Positions 9,936 through 20,563 of a stretch of DNA of 64,000 bases are shown here, piece by piece; position 1 is the stretch's first letter; the number at the start of each line of letters is the position of its first letter. The translations under genes were made by a program, and so were the position numbers. The DNA comes from an uncultured Kiritimatiellota bacterium (GTDB lineage Bacteria; Verrucomicrobiota; Kiritimatiellia; RFP12; DVOR01). The notes under the pieces were generated by a model. That model made no database searches. It worked only from the letters and a program-made list of their open reading frames with translations, and had not been told where the DNA came from. The DNA is taken from assembly GCA_944389565.1 (NCBI GenBank), contig CALXMV010000001.1, forward strand, positions 51,924 through 115,923. Reading direction: 5' to 3'.

Positions 9936-10965
9936 CATGAAAAGCGAAGTTCTCTCCCTGCCCGGGGCGATGGCCGCCTCGCCCCTCGCCTGCCTCCTGC
10001 TCGACAAGGCCATCAAGCGCGCCCGCGCCGAGCGCGTCGCCCCCCGCGAGGTCGTCATCTCCGACCAACGCCTCCCCGACGCCCGCCTCCGCAACCGCCT
10101 CATCGCCGAGGCCGCCCTCAACGGTCTCGCCTGCCGCTTCGGCTCCGTGCCCGCCGGCGACACCCCCGACGTCTTCTTCCTTGGCGACCGCCCCCTCTCC
10201 CTCCGCCTCCCCCCCGGCCTGAACGACTGGCACGCCCACACCCAATTCGCCTACTGCGGCCGCGGCATCGACCTGACGGACGCCGCGCGCCTCGCCCTCC
10301 ACCTGGGCGTGGAGACCCAGGGCTTCTCCGAGCACGCCTTCGCCCTCTACTTCCCCTCCGACGCGCTCAAGTTCCGCTGGCAGGGCGACCCAGACGCCGT
10401 GGAGCGCGTCTGGGCCACCCCCGGCCGCGGGCGCATGGCCGCCTACCGCGCCTGGGTGCGCGACCTGCGCCCCCTCCTGGGCCCGCGCGTCCGCTTCGGG
10501 CTGGAGGTGGATCTCTTCGGCGGCGGCCGCTTCTGCCTCGCCCCCGAGGATCTGGAGGGCTGGGACTATCTGATCGGCGCCATCCATGCCGTCGAAGGCC
10601 TTTCCCCCGGCGCCACGCAGGCGCAGGCCGAGGCCGCCTGGATGCGCGACGTCGAGCGCCTCCTCCAACAGCCCATCGCCATCCTCGCCCATCCCCTGCG
10701 TTTCTTCCCGTGGGATGGCCGCCCCACGCCCACCCACCTCTACCGCCCGTTGGCGCGGATGCTTGCCCAGGCGCGCGTCGCCGCCGAGATCAACCACCAC
10801 AAAAACCCCGTCGACCCCGCCTTCTTCCGCATCTGCCTGGAGGAGGGCGTGCGGATCTCCCTTGGCACCGACGCCCACGTCACCCGTTCCGCCGGCGACC
10901 TCCTCCCGCACCTCGAGACCCTCCGTCAGCTCGCCCTCTCCCCCTCCGCCACGCTCCATCCCTAA
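9936..10965 (+). CDS. PHP-domain phosphoesterase (histidinol-phosphatase-like)
   Basis: It contains HAHTQFAYCGRG, GTDAH and other His-rich metal-binding motifs typical of the PHP family. The stop codon lies within a palindromic repeat. Confidence 0.6.
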
Positions 10966-11040
10966 GGGGTTTGCCCCCAAACCCTAAGGGATCCAGCACC
11001 AAACCCTAAGGGGTTCGGGTCGGATCCCTTAAGGGTCAGG
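10958..11040. repeat. Cluster of palindromic repeat units (CCCTAAGGGG / GGGTTTGCCCCCAAACCCTAAGGG / GGATCCCTTAAGGGTCAGG) between convergent genes; likely a bidirectional terminator
   Basis: Seen directly. There are three CCCTAAGGG copies plus one perfect CCCTTAAGGG palindrome, and the GGGTTT-GCCCCC-AAACCC stem-loop motif is shared with the 27.4-kb repeat block. Confidence 0.7.
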
Positions 11041-12265
11041 CTGTTTTCGGGGTCAGAGAGAGGGTGGGGAGGGGGTTGGAGCCGTCGAGGGCGTAGGTGG
11101 TGGCGGTGAGGGTGGTGGGGGTGGCGGCGATGAGGGTGACGGTGGCGGAGGATTCCTTGGGGCCGCCGCCGATGAGGGTGGGGTAGGGGCGGCCGGGAGC
11201 GGGCGGGAGGTGGGAGGCGCGGTGGTCGTGGGCGGCGAGGAGGAGGTCGATTTTGCCCTCGGCGAGGGCGGGGGCGAGGTGTTGGCGGAGGCGGGTGGGG
11301 CCGTGCTTGGCGTCGGAGCGCGGGTCGCCGTTGGTGGGGGGGATGTGGCAGAGGGCGAGGCGTTTCTTGCCGGTCCGCCAAGCGGGGGAACGGACGAGCG
11401 CTTGGGCCCAGGCGCCCTCCTGGGCGATGAGTGCCTCGCATTCCAGGAGGCCGCAGTATTCGCGGTGGGAGTCGACCTTGTCCTCGCCGCTGTCGAGGAT
11501 GAGCAGGCTGAGGGGGCCGAGGTCGAAGGCGGCGTGATAGGCGTCGGTGCCGGCGTAAGGGGCGAAGGCCTCGCGGAGGCGGCGTGCCATGACGCCGCGG
11601 TATTCGTGGTTGCCGCGGGCGAAGAGAAGGGGGATGCCCTGCGCGGTGAGGTCGGCCATGGGGCCGAGGAGGGCTTTGCGGAGGCCCTCGGGGCCGGGCA
11701 CGTTCCCGGCGCAGTCGCCGTTGAGCGCGACGAATGCGGGTTTGGCGGCGGCCACGGCGGGGATGGCGAGGAGTTTGGGGATGAGGGCGGTGTTGGCGTG
11801 GAGGTCGTTGAGCACGGCGAAGGTGAGGGCGCCGTCGGGGCGGATAAGGGCGGGGACGGTGACGATGCCGCCGGCGGATCGCTCGCCGAAACGGGTCCAC
11901 CAAGGATCCATCGTGGTGGCGACGCTTTCGACCTCGAAGCGGAGGGGTTTGGCGAAGTCGACGCCACGGAGGGTGACGAGGTGGTCGGGGCGGTTGGAGG
12001 CGACGAGCCCGTCGACGACGCGGCGGGCGCGGGGCCAGCGGTCGCGCGGGAGGTCGGGGTCTTGGGTCCAGCGGACGGTGCCGGCGCTGGGGGTGGCGGT
12101 GCGCCAGCAGATGGCGAGGGCGTCGCCGCCGACGATCTGGGCCGTGGGGGGCTGGACGAAGGCTGCTTGGTTTTGGGCGGGGGCTTTCTTGGCGGTGGCC
12201 TCGGCGGAGAAGGCGGGGAGGGTGGCGGCGGCGCCGAGGGTGGCGAGGAAGGTGCGGCGGTTCAT
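11036..12265 (-). CDS. Secreted metallophosphoesterase (calcineurin-like / purple acid phosphatase-like) with Tat signal
   Basis: MNRRTFLATLGAAATLPAFS is a twin-arginine signal. GDCAGN, GNHEY and AHDH are metallophosphatase motifs. Confidence 0.7.
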   Translation of the reverse strand: MNRRTFLATLGAAATLPAFSAEATAKKAPAQNQAAFVQPPTAQIVGGDALAICWRTATPSAGTVRWTQDPDLPRDRWPRARRVVDGLVASNRPDHLVTLRGVDFAKPLRFEVESVATTMDPWWTRFGERSAGGIVTVPALIRPDGALTFAVLNDLHANTALIPKLLAIPAVAAAKPAFVALNGDCAGNVPGPEGLRKALLGPMADLTAQGIPLLFARGNHEYRGVMARRLREAFAPYAGTDAYHAAFDLGPLSLLILDSGEDKVDSHREYCGLLECEALIAQEGAWAQALVRSPAWRTGKKRLALCHIPPTNGDPRSDAKHGPTRLRQHLAPALAEGKIDLLLAAHDHRASHLPPAPGRPYPTLIGGGPKESSATVTLIAATPTTLTATTYALDGSNPLPTLSLTPKTA

Positions 12266-12268
12266 GGC

Positions 12269-12916
12269 TCAGAATCCGGGATCGGGCTGGAGATAGGGGT
12301 TGGAGCGGAGTTCGCGTTCGAGGGTGGTGGCGGGCCCGTGCCCGGGCAGGAGGGTGGTCTCGGGCGGGAGGGCCTGGGCGAGGTGCCTGACCGAGGCGTC
12401 GAGGGCGGCGAAGGAGCCGCCGGGCAGGTCGGTGCGGCCGACGGAGCCTTGGAAGAGGGTGTCGCCGGTGAGGCAGATGGGGGAGGGGACGTCGCGGGTG
12501 AGGAGGACGCACTGGCCGCCGGGGGTGTGGCCGGGGGTGTGGATGAAGGTGGCCTCGATGCCGCCGCGCGCCCAGGTCTCGCCCGGCGCGAGGCGGGTGG
12601 CGGGAGGCTTTTGGTGGGCGTAGAAGGGAGGATACTGGTTCATCGGGTGGGTGAAGGCCCATTGGGCGTCCTCGTCGCGCAGGAGGACGGGCAGATCGGG
12701 CCATTTGGCCAAGAGCGCGTCCAACGCGCCCACGTGGTCGAAATGCCCATGGGTGAGCACGATGGCGCAGGGGGTGAGGCCGCGCGCGGCGATCTCGCCC
12801 AAAATCAGGTCGGGGTCGGCGCCGGGATCGACGACCCAGGCCTGCCTGCCCGCGCCCCAGAGCAGGTAACAATTCTCGGCGAGCGGGCCGGTCTCGACGA
12901 CGGAATATTCGATCAT
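12269..12916 (-). CDS. MBL-fold metallo-hydrolase (hydroxyacylglutathione hydrolase-like)
   Basis: THGHFDHVG, TPGHTPG and GDTLF are classic metallo-beta-lactamase fold motifs. Confidence 0.75.
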   Translation of the reverse strand: MIEYSVVETGPLAENCYLLWGAGRQAWVVDPGADPDLILGEIAARGLTPCAIVLTHGHFDHVGALDALLAKWPDLPVLLRDEDAQWAFTHPMNQYPPFYAHQKPPATRLAPGETWARGGIEATFIHTPGHTPGGQCVLLTRDVPSPICLTGDTLFQGSVGRTDLPGGSFAALDASVRHLAQALPPETTLLPGHGPATTLERELRSNPYLQPDPGF

Positions 12917-12935
12917 GGCGGGGGTTCCTTGTGGT

Positions 12936-14882
12936 TCAGCGGACGGAGAGACGGTATCCGGGGGAGTGCGGCGCGAGGGCGCCGAGGGTTTTTCGGAGCG
13001 GGCGGCCGTCGAGGCCGGTCTCCGGGCAGGTGTGCGCGGCCGTGCAGGGGAGCGCGCCGGCGGGGCGCGGGGCGTCGGCGTCCACGCCCTCGCGGTTGCC
13101 GCCGCCGTCCGTGCCGTCGCCCAACGTGCCCACGAACGAGCAGTGCTTCGCCGTGCATCCGGGGAGGGCCTGGGCGCCGGCGTTCAGGAGGAGGCAACAG
13201 GTGAGGGCGGCGTTTTGCGCCACATAATTGTTGCGGCCGCCGGAGAGAACGCAGCCGGTGAGGGTGGCGGAGGCCTCCTTCGCGTCATCGTCGGGCAGGA
13301 TCAGCCAATTGGCCGCTTCGCCCCCATGGAGCGTCAGGCCGTCGAGCGTCACGCCCGCGCCGAAGGCGATCATCGGGGAGAGCGGCGCCGAGGCCGCCGA
13401 GGCCGTGAGGGTGGAGGGGGAGGCGAGGGGGTCGCGCACGCCGGTGGCGGGGTCGTACCCGCCGAGAAGCGTCGCGCCCGCGGGGAGGGTCAGCTTGGCG
13501 GTGAGCGTGTAGGTGCCCGCGGCGAGGCGGATGGGGCGCACGGCGCCGAGGATTTCCGGCGCCCACGCCATCGCGTTCGCCCAGGAGTCGCCGCTCCTGT
13601 CGCCCGCGCCCTCCGGCGAGACGCACAGCGCCTCGCCCTCCAGCGTGAAGTCCGCCACCGTGCCGCCGTAGGCCCACGGGAAGAGCGGCGGGGGTTCGTC
13701 CGCCTTGCCCTTGTCTTTTTCTTCCCAGGCGTCGTTTTTGGCGGCGCGGGTCTCGTCGTCGATGTAGGGGTCGAGGGTGACGTCGCGCGCGGCGGCGAGG
13801 AATCCCTCGGCCGTGACGGCGACGGTGTAGGAGGCGGTGGGGAGGGCTTGCGTGGGGTCGTCGTAGGCCGTGTGGTCGACGCGGGGGAGGCCGGTGAAGA
13901 CGTAGCACCCGGCGTCGTCGGTCTCGGTCTCGCGGAGCGTTTCGCCGTCGGCGCCGCGCAGGGAGACGCGCGCGCCGGCGACGGGGGCGTGGGTCGTGTC
14001 CGCGACGCGCCCGGCGACGATGCCGCCCAGGTCGTCCGGGTGGACATTGACGTTGAGGTAACGGTGTTCGCTCAGCACGGAGAGGCACTGCTCGAAGTCC
14101 CACCATTTGTTCGCGGCGTTCCCGCTTCCCCACCCGTAATCCACATGGAACCACTCCTTGCCCTCCGCGTCGACGCCCCACCCGTCGATGACGACGACGT
14201 GCCCGCCGGAATCGACGTAGACGCCCACGACGAGCGGCGCCTCGGCCTGCAGGGAGCATCGCAGCATCCGGTGCAGCTGATCCTCCCAGTAATCGGTGAC
14301 CTTGCCGTATTCGAGGGCCGTGCTGTAGAAAAGCCCGTCCTTGAAGCCGAAATGCCCGCGGACGCTCCCGACGCCCACGGTCCCGGCGGCGCCGTAGTCG
14401 CCGGCGTATTCCGTGTGGCCGAGGATGCCGAGATTCCACATCAGCCGCGCCACCGGGATGTCGCCGTCGGGGGAGGTCGCTTTGGCGCGCACGGCCTCCC
14501 AGTCGAAGGGCCCGGGGAGAAGCGCGCGCGGGATCTTTTCGCTTTTGAGCTGGACGTAGGCCTCATCCTCCGCGATGGCCGGCGGTTCCCAGTCGGCCGC
14601 GGGCGCCCCGTGGTTGATGGCGTGATAGGTGACGACCTGCCCCCAGGCCAGCGGGTCGCACCCGCAGACCGCGCCAAGGATGCCCTTGTGGGTCTCGCCG
14701 CGATAGGTGAAGGAGTCGGCGCCGACGTAGGCGTTCAGCTTGCCGGCCTGATTCCAGTCGGTCGCCTGGCAAACGGGCTCCAGCACCGTGTGCGCCGGGC
14801 GCCAGGTGTTGGCCTGCGTCGCCGCGGACAGGCCGGCGGCGGTGAACGCCGCGCAACACAAAGCAATCGTTCTCATACGCAT
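12936..14882 (-). CDS. Secreted multi-domain protein: C10 (streptopain-like) cysteine peptidase-like domain, carboxypeptidase-regulatory-like domain and C-terminal beta-helix-like region
   Basis: It has the signal peptide MRMRTIALCCAAFTAAGLSAA. GGHVVVIDGWG resembles the C10 catalytic-His region. GRVADTTHAPVAGARVSLRGADGETLRETETDDAGCYVF is a CarbopepD_reg-like fold. Confidence 0.5.
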   Translation of the reverse strand: MRMRTIALCCAAFTAAGLSAATQANTWRPAHTVLEPVCQATDWNQAGKLNAYVGADSFTYRGETHKGILGAVCGCDPLAWGQVVTYHAINHGAPAADWEPPAIAEDEAYVQLKSEKIPRALLPGPFDWEAVRAKATSPDGDIPVARLMWNLGILGHTEYAGDYGAAGTVGVGSVRGHFGFKDGLFYSTALEYGKVTDYWEDQLHRMLRCSLQAEAPLVVGVYVDSGGHVVVIDGWGVDAEGKEWFHVDYGWGSGNAANKWWDFEQCLSVLSEHRYLNVNVHPDDLGGIVAGRVADTTHAPVAGARVSLRGADGETLRETETDDAGCYVFTGLPRVDHTAYDDPTQALPTASYTVAVTAEGFLAAARDVTLDPYIDDETRAAKNDAWEEKDKGKADEPPPLFPWAYGGTVADFTLEGEALCVSPEGAGDRSGDSWANAMAWAPEILGAVRPIRLAAGTYTLTAKLTLPAGATLLGGYDPATGVRDPLASPSTLTASAASAPLSPMIAFGAGVTLDGLTLHGGEAANWLILPDDDAKEASATLTGCVLSGGRNNYVAQNAALTCCLLLNAGAQALPGCTAKHCSFVGTLGDGTDGGGNREGVDADAPRPAGALPCTAAHTCPETGLDGRPLRKTLGALAPHSPGYRLSVR

Positions 14883-14934
14883 AGTTTACCAAATCGCGTG
14901 CGCCGTGGCGGCGGGTAATTCGCCGCGGGCACGA

Positions 14935-14963
14935 AAAAAGCCCCCGGATCGGGGGCTTTTTGG
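14935..14963 (-). terminator. Rho-independent terminator (bidirectional hairpin) downstream of pnp
   Basis: The plus-strand sequence aaaaaaGCCCCCGgatCGGGGGCtttttgggggg shows a GC stem flanked by an A-run and a T-run. Confidence 0.7.
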
Positions 14964-14980
14964 GGGGCGCGGGGCGCGGC

Positions 14981-17116
14981 TCAGCGGTCGCGGGACTGGC
15001 GGTCGAGGTCGCGCATGGCCTCGCGGCGGGAGAGCTTGATGCGGCCGCGCTCGTCGATGCCGATGCACTTGACCATCATCTTGTCGCCGACCTTGCAGAC
15101 GCTCTCGACGGAGGGGATGCGGCGGTCGGAGAGCTCGGAGATGTGGCAGAGGCCGTCCTTGCCGGGGAGGATCTCGACGAAGGCGCCGAACTCCTTGATG
15201 CCGGTGACGGTGCCTTCGTAGATCTTGCCTTCCTCGGCTTCGGCGCAGATGGCCTGGACCTCGCGCTTGGCGGCCTCCATGGCCTCGGCGGAGACGGCGA
15301 AGATGGAGACGGTGCCATCCTCGGCGATGTCGATCTGGGCGCCGGTGGCGTCGGTGATGCGGCGGATTTCCTTGCCGCCGGGGCCGATGAGCGCGCCGAT
15401 CTTGTCGGTGGGGATCTGGACGGTGGCGATGCGCGGGGCGTAGGGCGAGAGCTCGGCGCGGGGGGCGGGGATGACGGTGGCCATGTAGTCCAGGATGGTG
15501 TTGCGCCCGACGCGGGCGGCGTCGAGGGCGCCCTCCACGAGATCCCAGGTGAGGCCGCGGATCTTGAGGTCGACCTGGAAGCCGGTGATGCCCTTGCGGG
15601 TGCCGCCGATCTTGAAGTCCATGTCGCCGCAGTGATCCTCGGCGCCGAGGATGTCGGTCACCAGCACCTTCTTGCTCAGGTCGGGGGTGGTGAAGAGACC
15701 CACGGAGATGCCCGCGACGGGGGCGGTGATGGGCACGCCCGCGTCCATGAGCGCCAGGCAGCCGCCGCAGATGGAGGCCATCGAGGAGGAGCCGTTGGAG
15801 CCCATGATCTCGGAGACGACGCGGACGGAGTAGGGATAGTCGGCGGGGATGACCTCGGCGAGGGAACGCTCGGCGAGCGCGCCGTGGCCGATCTCGCGGC
15901 GGCCGGTGGTGCCCAGACGCCCGACCTCGCCCGTACAGTAGGGCGGGAAGTTGTAGTGCAGGATGAAGCGCTTCTGCTTCGGGCCGCCGGCCACGGAGTC
16001 GAGATCCTGGGCGTCCTTGGAGGTGCCGAGGGTGACGGTGGCGAGGTTCTGCGTCTCGCCGCGGTTGAAGATGGCCGAGCCGTGGACGCGGGGGAGCACG
16101 CCGACCTGGGCGGCGAGGGGGCGGATCTCGTGCTGGGCGCGGCCGTCGATGCGCTTGCCGCGCTCCAGGAAGTTGGCGCGGACGGTCTCGATCTCGAGCG
16201 CGTCGAAGAGGTGGACGAACTTGACGTCGTCGATGACCCAGAGGCCGTTCTCGTCCTTGCCGTACTTTTCCTGGCAGGCGGCGAGGAGCTCGTCGCGGAT
16301 GGCCTTGACGGCGGCCTCGCGCTCGAGCTTGCCGGGGATGACGAGGGCGTCGGCGAGCTTGGCGCCGCCGAGGCCGCGGATGAAGGCCATCTTCTCGGGG
16401 TCCTCGGGCTTGTCGGCGATGACCTTGTCGGGCTTGCCGAGGGCGCGGCGCATCTCGATCTGGAGGTCGATGATCTTCTCGACCTCCTCATGGGCGCGCT
16501 TCATGGCGGCGAGGAAGTCGGCCTCGGAGATCTCCTTGGCGGAGCCTTCCATCATGAGGAACTTGCCGCGGAGCCCGGCGTAGAGGAGGTCGAGGTCGGA
16601 CTGGGCGCGCTGGGCGTGGGTGGGGTTGATGACCCACTGGCCGTCGATGCGGCCGATGCGCACGCACCCGATGGGGCCCATGAAGGGGACGTCGGAGATG
16701 TGGAGGGCGGCGGAGGCGGCGTTGACGGCCAGGACATCGCCGTCGATCTCGCCGTCGCAGCTGATGAGCATGGAATTGACCTGGACGTCGTTGTAGTAGC
16801 CGTCGGGGAAGAGGGGGCGGATGGGGCGGTCGCACATGCGCGCGGTGAGGGTCTCCTTCTCGGAGGGGCGGGCCTCACGCTTGAAGAAGCCGCCGGGGAA
16901 ACGGCCGGCCGCGTAGAACTTCTCGCGGTATTCGCACTGCAGGGGGAAGAAGTCGATGCCCTCGCGCGGCTTGTCGGTGCAGGTGACGGCGCAGAAGACG
17001 GCGGTGTCGCCCAGGGAGACGACGACGGAGCCGGCGGCCTGGCGCGCCAGGAGGCCGGTCTCGATCGTGAGGGTGCGGCCGGCGATCTCCGTGGAGAATT
17101 GCTTGCTGTTTTGCAT
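14981..17116 (-). CDS. pnp: Polynucleotide phosphorylase
   Basis: It starts [21 protein letters not shown]. Two RNase PH domains, a KH domain and an S1 domain ([38 protein letters not shown]) are present. The 5' part of the 745-aa ORF, upstream of MQNSK, is untranslated leader. Confidence 0.9.
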   Translation of the reverse strand: MQNSKQFSTEIAGRTLTIETGLLARQAAGSVVVSLGDTAVFCAVTCTDKPREGIDFFPLQCEYREKFYAAGRFPGGFFKREARPSEKETLTARMCDRPIRPLFPDGYYNDVQVNSMLISCDGEIDGDVLAVNAASAALHISDVPFMGPIGCVRIGRIDGQWVINPTHAQRAQSDLDLLYAGLRGKFLMMEGSAKEISEADFLAAMKRAHEEVEKIIDLQIEMRRALGKPDKVIADKPEDPEKMAFIRGLGGAKLADALVIPGKLEREAAVKAIRDELLAACQEKYGKDENGLWVIDDVKFVHLFDALEIETVRANFLERGKRIDGRAQHEIRPLAAQVGVLPRVHGSAIFNRGETQNLATVTLGTSKDAQDLDSVAGGPKQKRFILHYNFPPYCTGEVGRLGTTGRREIGHGALAERSLAEVIPADYPYSVRVVSEIMGSNGSSSMASICGGCLALMDAGVPITAPVAGISVGLFTTPDLSKKVLVTDILGAEDHCGDMDFKIGGTRKGITGFQVDLKIRGLTWDLVEGALDAARVGRNTILDYMATVIPAPRAELSPYAPRIATVQIPTDKIGALIGPGGKEIRRITDATGAQIDIAEDGTVSIFAVSAEAMEAAKREVQAICAEAEEGKIYEGTVTGIKEFGAFVEILPGKDGLCHISELSDRRIPSVESVCKVGDKMMVKCIGIDERGRIKLSRREAMRDLDRQSRDR

Positions 17117-17242
17117 GGTTGGTGTCGATTGTGTCGCGGGTCGTGGCCGGAAAGAGCGAGATGCCACCCTGTCCGCGTCGAAGTTTCGTTCGTGTCTTTC
17201 CGCGCGATACAATAGCAAAAAGCGGCGGCCCCGCGCAAGGGG

Positions 17243-18604
17243 TCAGTCGATCAGGCGGATGGCCTTCCAGCGCCCGCGGAGGAAGCGCGCCAGGAGGCCC
17301 GCGGCGGCGACGATCACGTAGACGAGCATGGTGAGCCAGAGCGTCTCGATGGAGGCGCCCAGCGCGTACGCGCCGAAGAGGAGCGGCATCCAGAAGAGGA
17401 TCGCCGAGCCGCCGACCCAAAGCACCACGAAACGCGTGTCGCCCGCGCCCTTGAGCGCGCCGCCCAGCACGATGTTCAGCACGTCGAAGAAGGACCACGC
17501 CAGGAAGATCGCGATGAGCCGCCGCCCCAACGGCTCGAAGGCCTCCAGCGTGAAGTCCGCGTCGGCCGGGTAAAAGAGGTCGAGGATCGCGGCGTTGAAG
17601 CCGCCGATGACGAGCACGCACAGCAGGATGTAGCCCCAGCCGAGGAGGACGCACGCCCACCCGGCCCGCACGGCGCCGTCGGTGTCGCGCTCGCCCATGC
17701 GCCGCCCCACGGCGATGCTCGCGGCCATGCCGAAGCCCATCAGCGGCGCGAAGACCAGCTGGTTGATGGCGAAGGCGATGTTGCTGGCCGCGAAGTCCAG
17801 CGTGCCCATCCAGCCGGTGACGAAGACGAAGACGGTGAAGGTGCCCACGTCGAGCAGCACATGGCCGCCGTTGGGCAGGCCGAAGCGGACGATCCGGCAG
17901 GCGAGCGGGCGTTTCCAGGCCAGCACCACGCGGCGGCGGCGCCCCGTGGCGAAGTGCGGCTGCAGGAAGGCCGCCGCGCCCAGGATGGCCAGAATGAGGA
18001 ACTGCCCGATGGCGGTCGCCACGCCCGCGCCCACGATGCCCCACTCCGGGACCGGCCCCCACCCCCAGATCAGGATCGGGTCGAGCACGATGTTCGCCAC
18101 GTTCCCGCACAGGTTCGCCGCCATCACCAGGCGCGTGCGCCCCTGCCCCGCGAAGAAACCCGAGAAGGCCGCCGCGAAGGGCAGCGCCAGGCCGCCGAAG
18201 ACCAGCGTCAGGTAATACGCCTTCTCCTGCGCCACCACCTCCGGCGCGTGCCCCACCACGTCGAAAAGCCAATTGCCCAGCGGCCACGAGAGCAGGAGCA
18301 GCGGCACGCACAGCCAGGAGAGCCACAGCCCCTGCGACGTCGCCCGCGCGCACGCCGCCCGCGCCCCGGCCCCCGCGTACTGCGCCACGAAGGTCCCCGA
18401 ATACGCCACCACGTTCTGCAGCAGCGCCGTCACCATGAAGCTCACGAGCCCCGCGGGCATCGCCGCCTGGATGCTCACCGCGCTGTAGCGCGACAGGAAG
18501 AGCCTGTCCACGAACATCATCAGCGCCGAGCCCGTCATCGCCAGCACCAGCGGCCAGGCGATGCGCACGCACTCGCGGAAAGTCTGCCGGAACGGCCCGT
18601 TCAT
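17243..18604 (-). CDS. MATE family efflux transporter
   Basis: A 12-TM protein begins MNGPFRQTFRECVRIAWPLVLAMTGSALMMFVDRLFLSRYS, the MATE N-terminal signature. Confidence 0.75.
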   Translation of the reverse strand: MNGPFRQTFRECVRIAWPLVLAMTGSALMMFVDRLFLSRYSAVSIQAAMPAGLVSFMVTALLQNVVAYSGTFVAQYAGAGARAACARATSQGLWLSWLCVPLLLLSWPLGNWLFDVVGHAPEVVAQEKAYYLTLVFGGLALPFAAAFSGFFAGQGRTRLVMAANLCGNVANIVLDPILIWGWGPVPEWGIVGAGVATAIGQFLILAILGAAAFLQPHFATGRRRRVVLAWKRPLACRIVRFGLPNGGHVLLDVGTFTVFVFVTGWMGTLDFAASNIAFAINQLVFAPLMGFGMAASIAVGRRMGERDTDGAVRAGWACVLLGWGYILLCVLVIGGFNAAILDLFYPADADFTLEAFEPLGRRLIAIFLAWSFFDVLNIVLGGALKGAGDTRFVVLWVGGSAILFWMPLLFGAYALGASIETLWLTMLVYVIVAAAGLLARFLRGRWKAIRLID

Positions 18605-18623
18605 GGCGCTTGGGGCCGGCGCC

Positions 18624-19721
<1,098 letters not shown>

Positions 19722-19816
19722 GGGAAATCCTTTCGAGAAAACGAAAACGCCGTCAGTATACCAAATCCGCCCGCCTTTTGGGAATGCGCCCTGCGCGCGC
19801 CCGTTGGCGCCCGGGG

Positions 19817-20563
19817 TCAGAGGACCTTGGCGAGGAAGTCGCGGACGCGGGGGTTGGCGGGGGCGTCGAAGAAGGTGGCGGGCGGGCCCTCGGCGGCGAC
19901 GCGCCCGTGGTCGATGAAGAGGATGCGGTCGGCGACCTCGCGGGCGAAGGCGATCTCGTGGGTGACGACGACCATCGTGAGGCCTTCGGCGGCGAGGTCT
20001 TTCATGAGGGTGAGGACCTCGCCGACCATCTCGGGGTCGAGGGCGGAGGTGGGTTCGTCGAAGAGGACGGCGTCGGGTGCCATGGCGAGGGCGCGGACGA
20101 TGGCGATGCGCTGTTTCTGGCCGCCGGAGAGTTGGGGCGGATAGGCGTCGCGCTTGTCGGCCAGGCCGATGCGTTCGAGGAGGGCGAGGGCCTTGGCTTC
20201 GGCCTCGGGTCGGGAGAGGCGGCCGGTGAGGGTGGGCGCGAGGGTGATGTTGCGCAGGACGGTCAGGTGGGGGAAGAGGTTGAAGTGCTGGAAGACCATG
20301 CCCACGCGGCGGCGGTAGCGGTCCACGTCCGCCCCGCGCGCCAGGATGTCGCGCCCGCGGAAACGGATGGCGCCGGCGTCGGGGCGCTCGAGGAGGTTGA
20401 GGCAGCGCAGGAAGGTCGATTTCCCGGAGCCCGAGGGGCCGATGACGAAGACGGCCTCGCCGCGGCGGACGTCGGCGTCGATGCCGTCGACGACCACGCG
20501 CCCGCCGAAGCGCTTGACGAGGCCTCGGACTTCGAGGAGGGGGGCGTCGGCGGGGTCAGCCAT
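19817..20563 (-). CDS. Polar amino acid ABC transporter ATP-binding protein
   Basis: It carries [17 protein letters not shown] and [10 protein letters not shown], a GlnQ/HisP-type ATPase. Confidence 0.85.
   Translation of the reverse strand: MADPADAPLLEVRGLVKRFGGRVVVDGIDADVRRGEAVFVIGPSGSGKSTFLRCLNLLERPDAGAIRFRGRDILARGADVDRYRRRVGMVFQHFNLFPHLTVLRNITLAPTLTGRLSRPEAEAKALALLERIGLADKRDAYPPQLSGGQKQRIAIVRALAMAPDAVLFDEPTSALDPEMVGEVLTLMKDLAAEGLTMVVVTHEIAFAREVADRILFIDHGRVAAEGPPATFFDAPANPRVRDFLAKVL

Noticed and set aside
10958-11040. Telomere-like CCCTAA repeats
   Set aside because: Only single CCCTAA units occur, embedded in palindromes (CCCTTAAGGG) between convergent genes of a circular-type bacterial gene neighbourhood. 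The structure indicates hairpin/REP-like elements, not telomeric arrays.
10962-12872. 636-aa minus-strand Arg/Pro-rich ORF and 664-aa plus-strand ORF 11210..13204
   Set aside because: They are antisense or out of frame relative to the metallophosphoesterase and MBL-hydrolase genes, whose products carry clear catalytic motifs. Their composition is typical of spurious ORFs.
12915-14918. 667-aa plus-strand ORF opposite the C10-like peptidase gene
   Set aside because: It is antisense to a gene with signal peptide and domain motifs, and has no recognisable motifs itself.
14960-17215. 751-aa plus-strand ORF opposite pnp
   Set aside because: It is antisense to polynucleotide phosphorylase, which is unambiguous.
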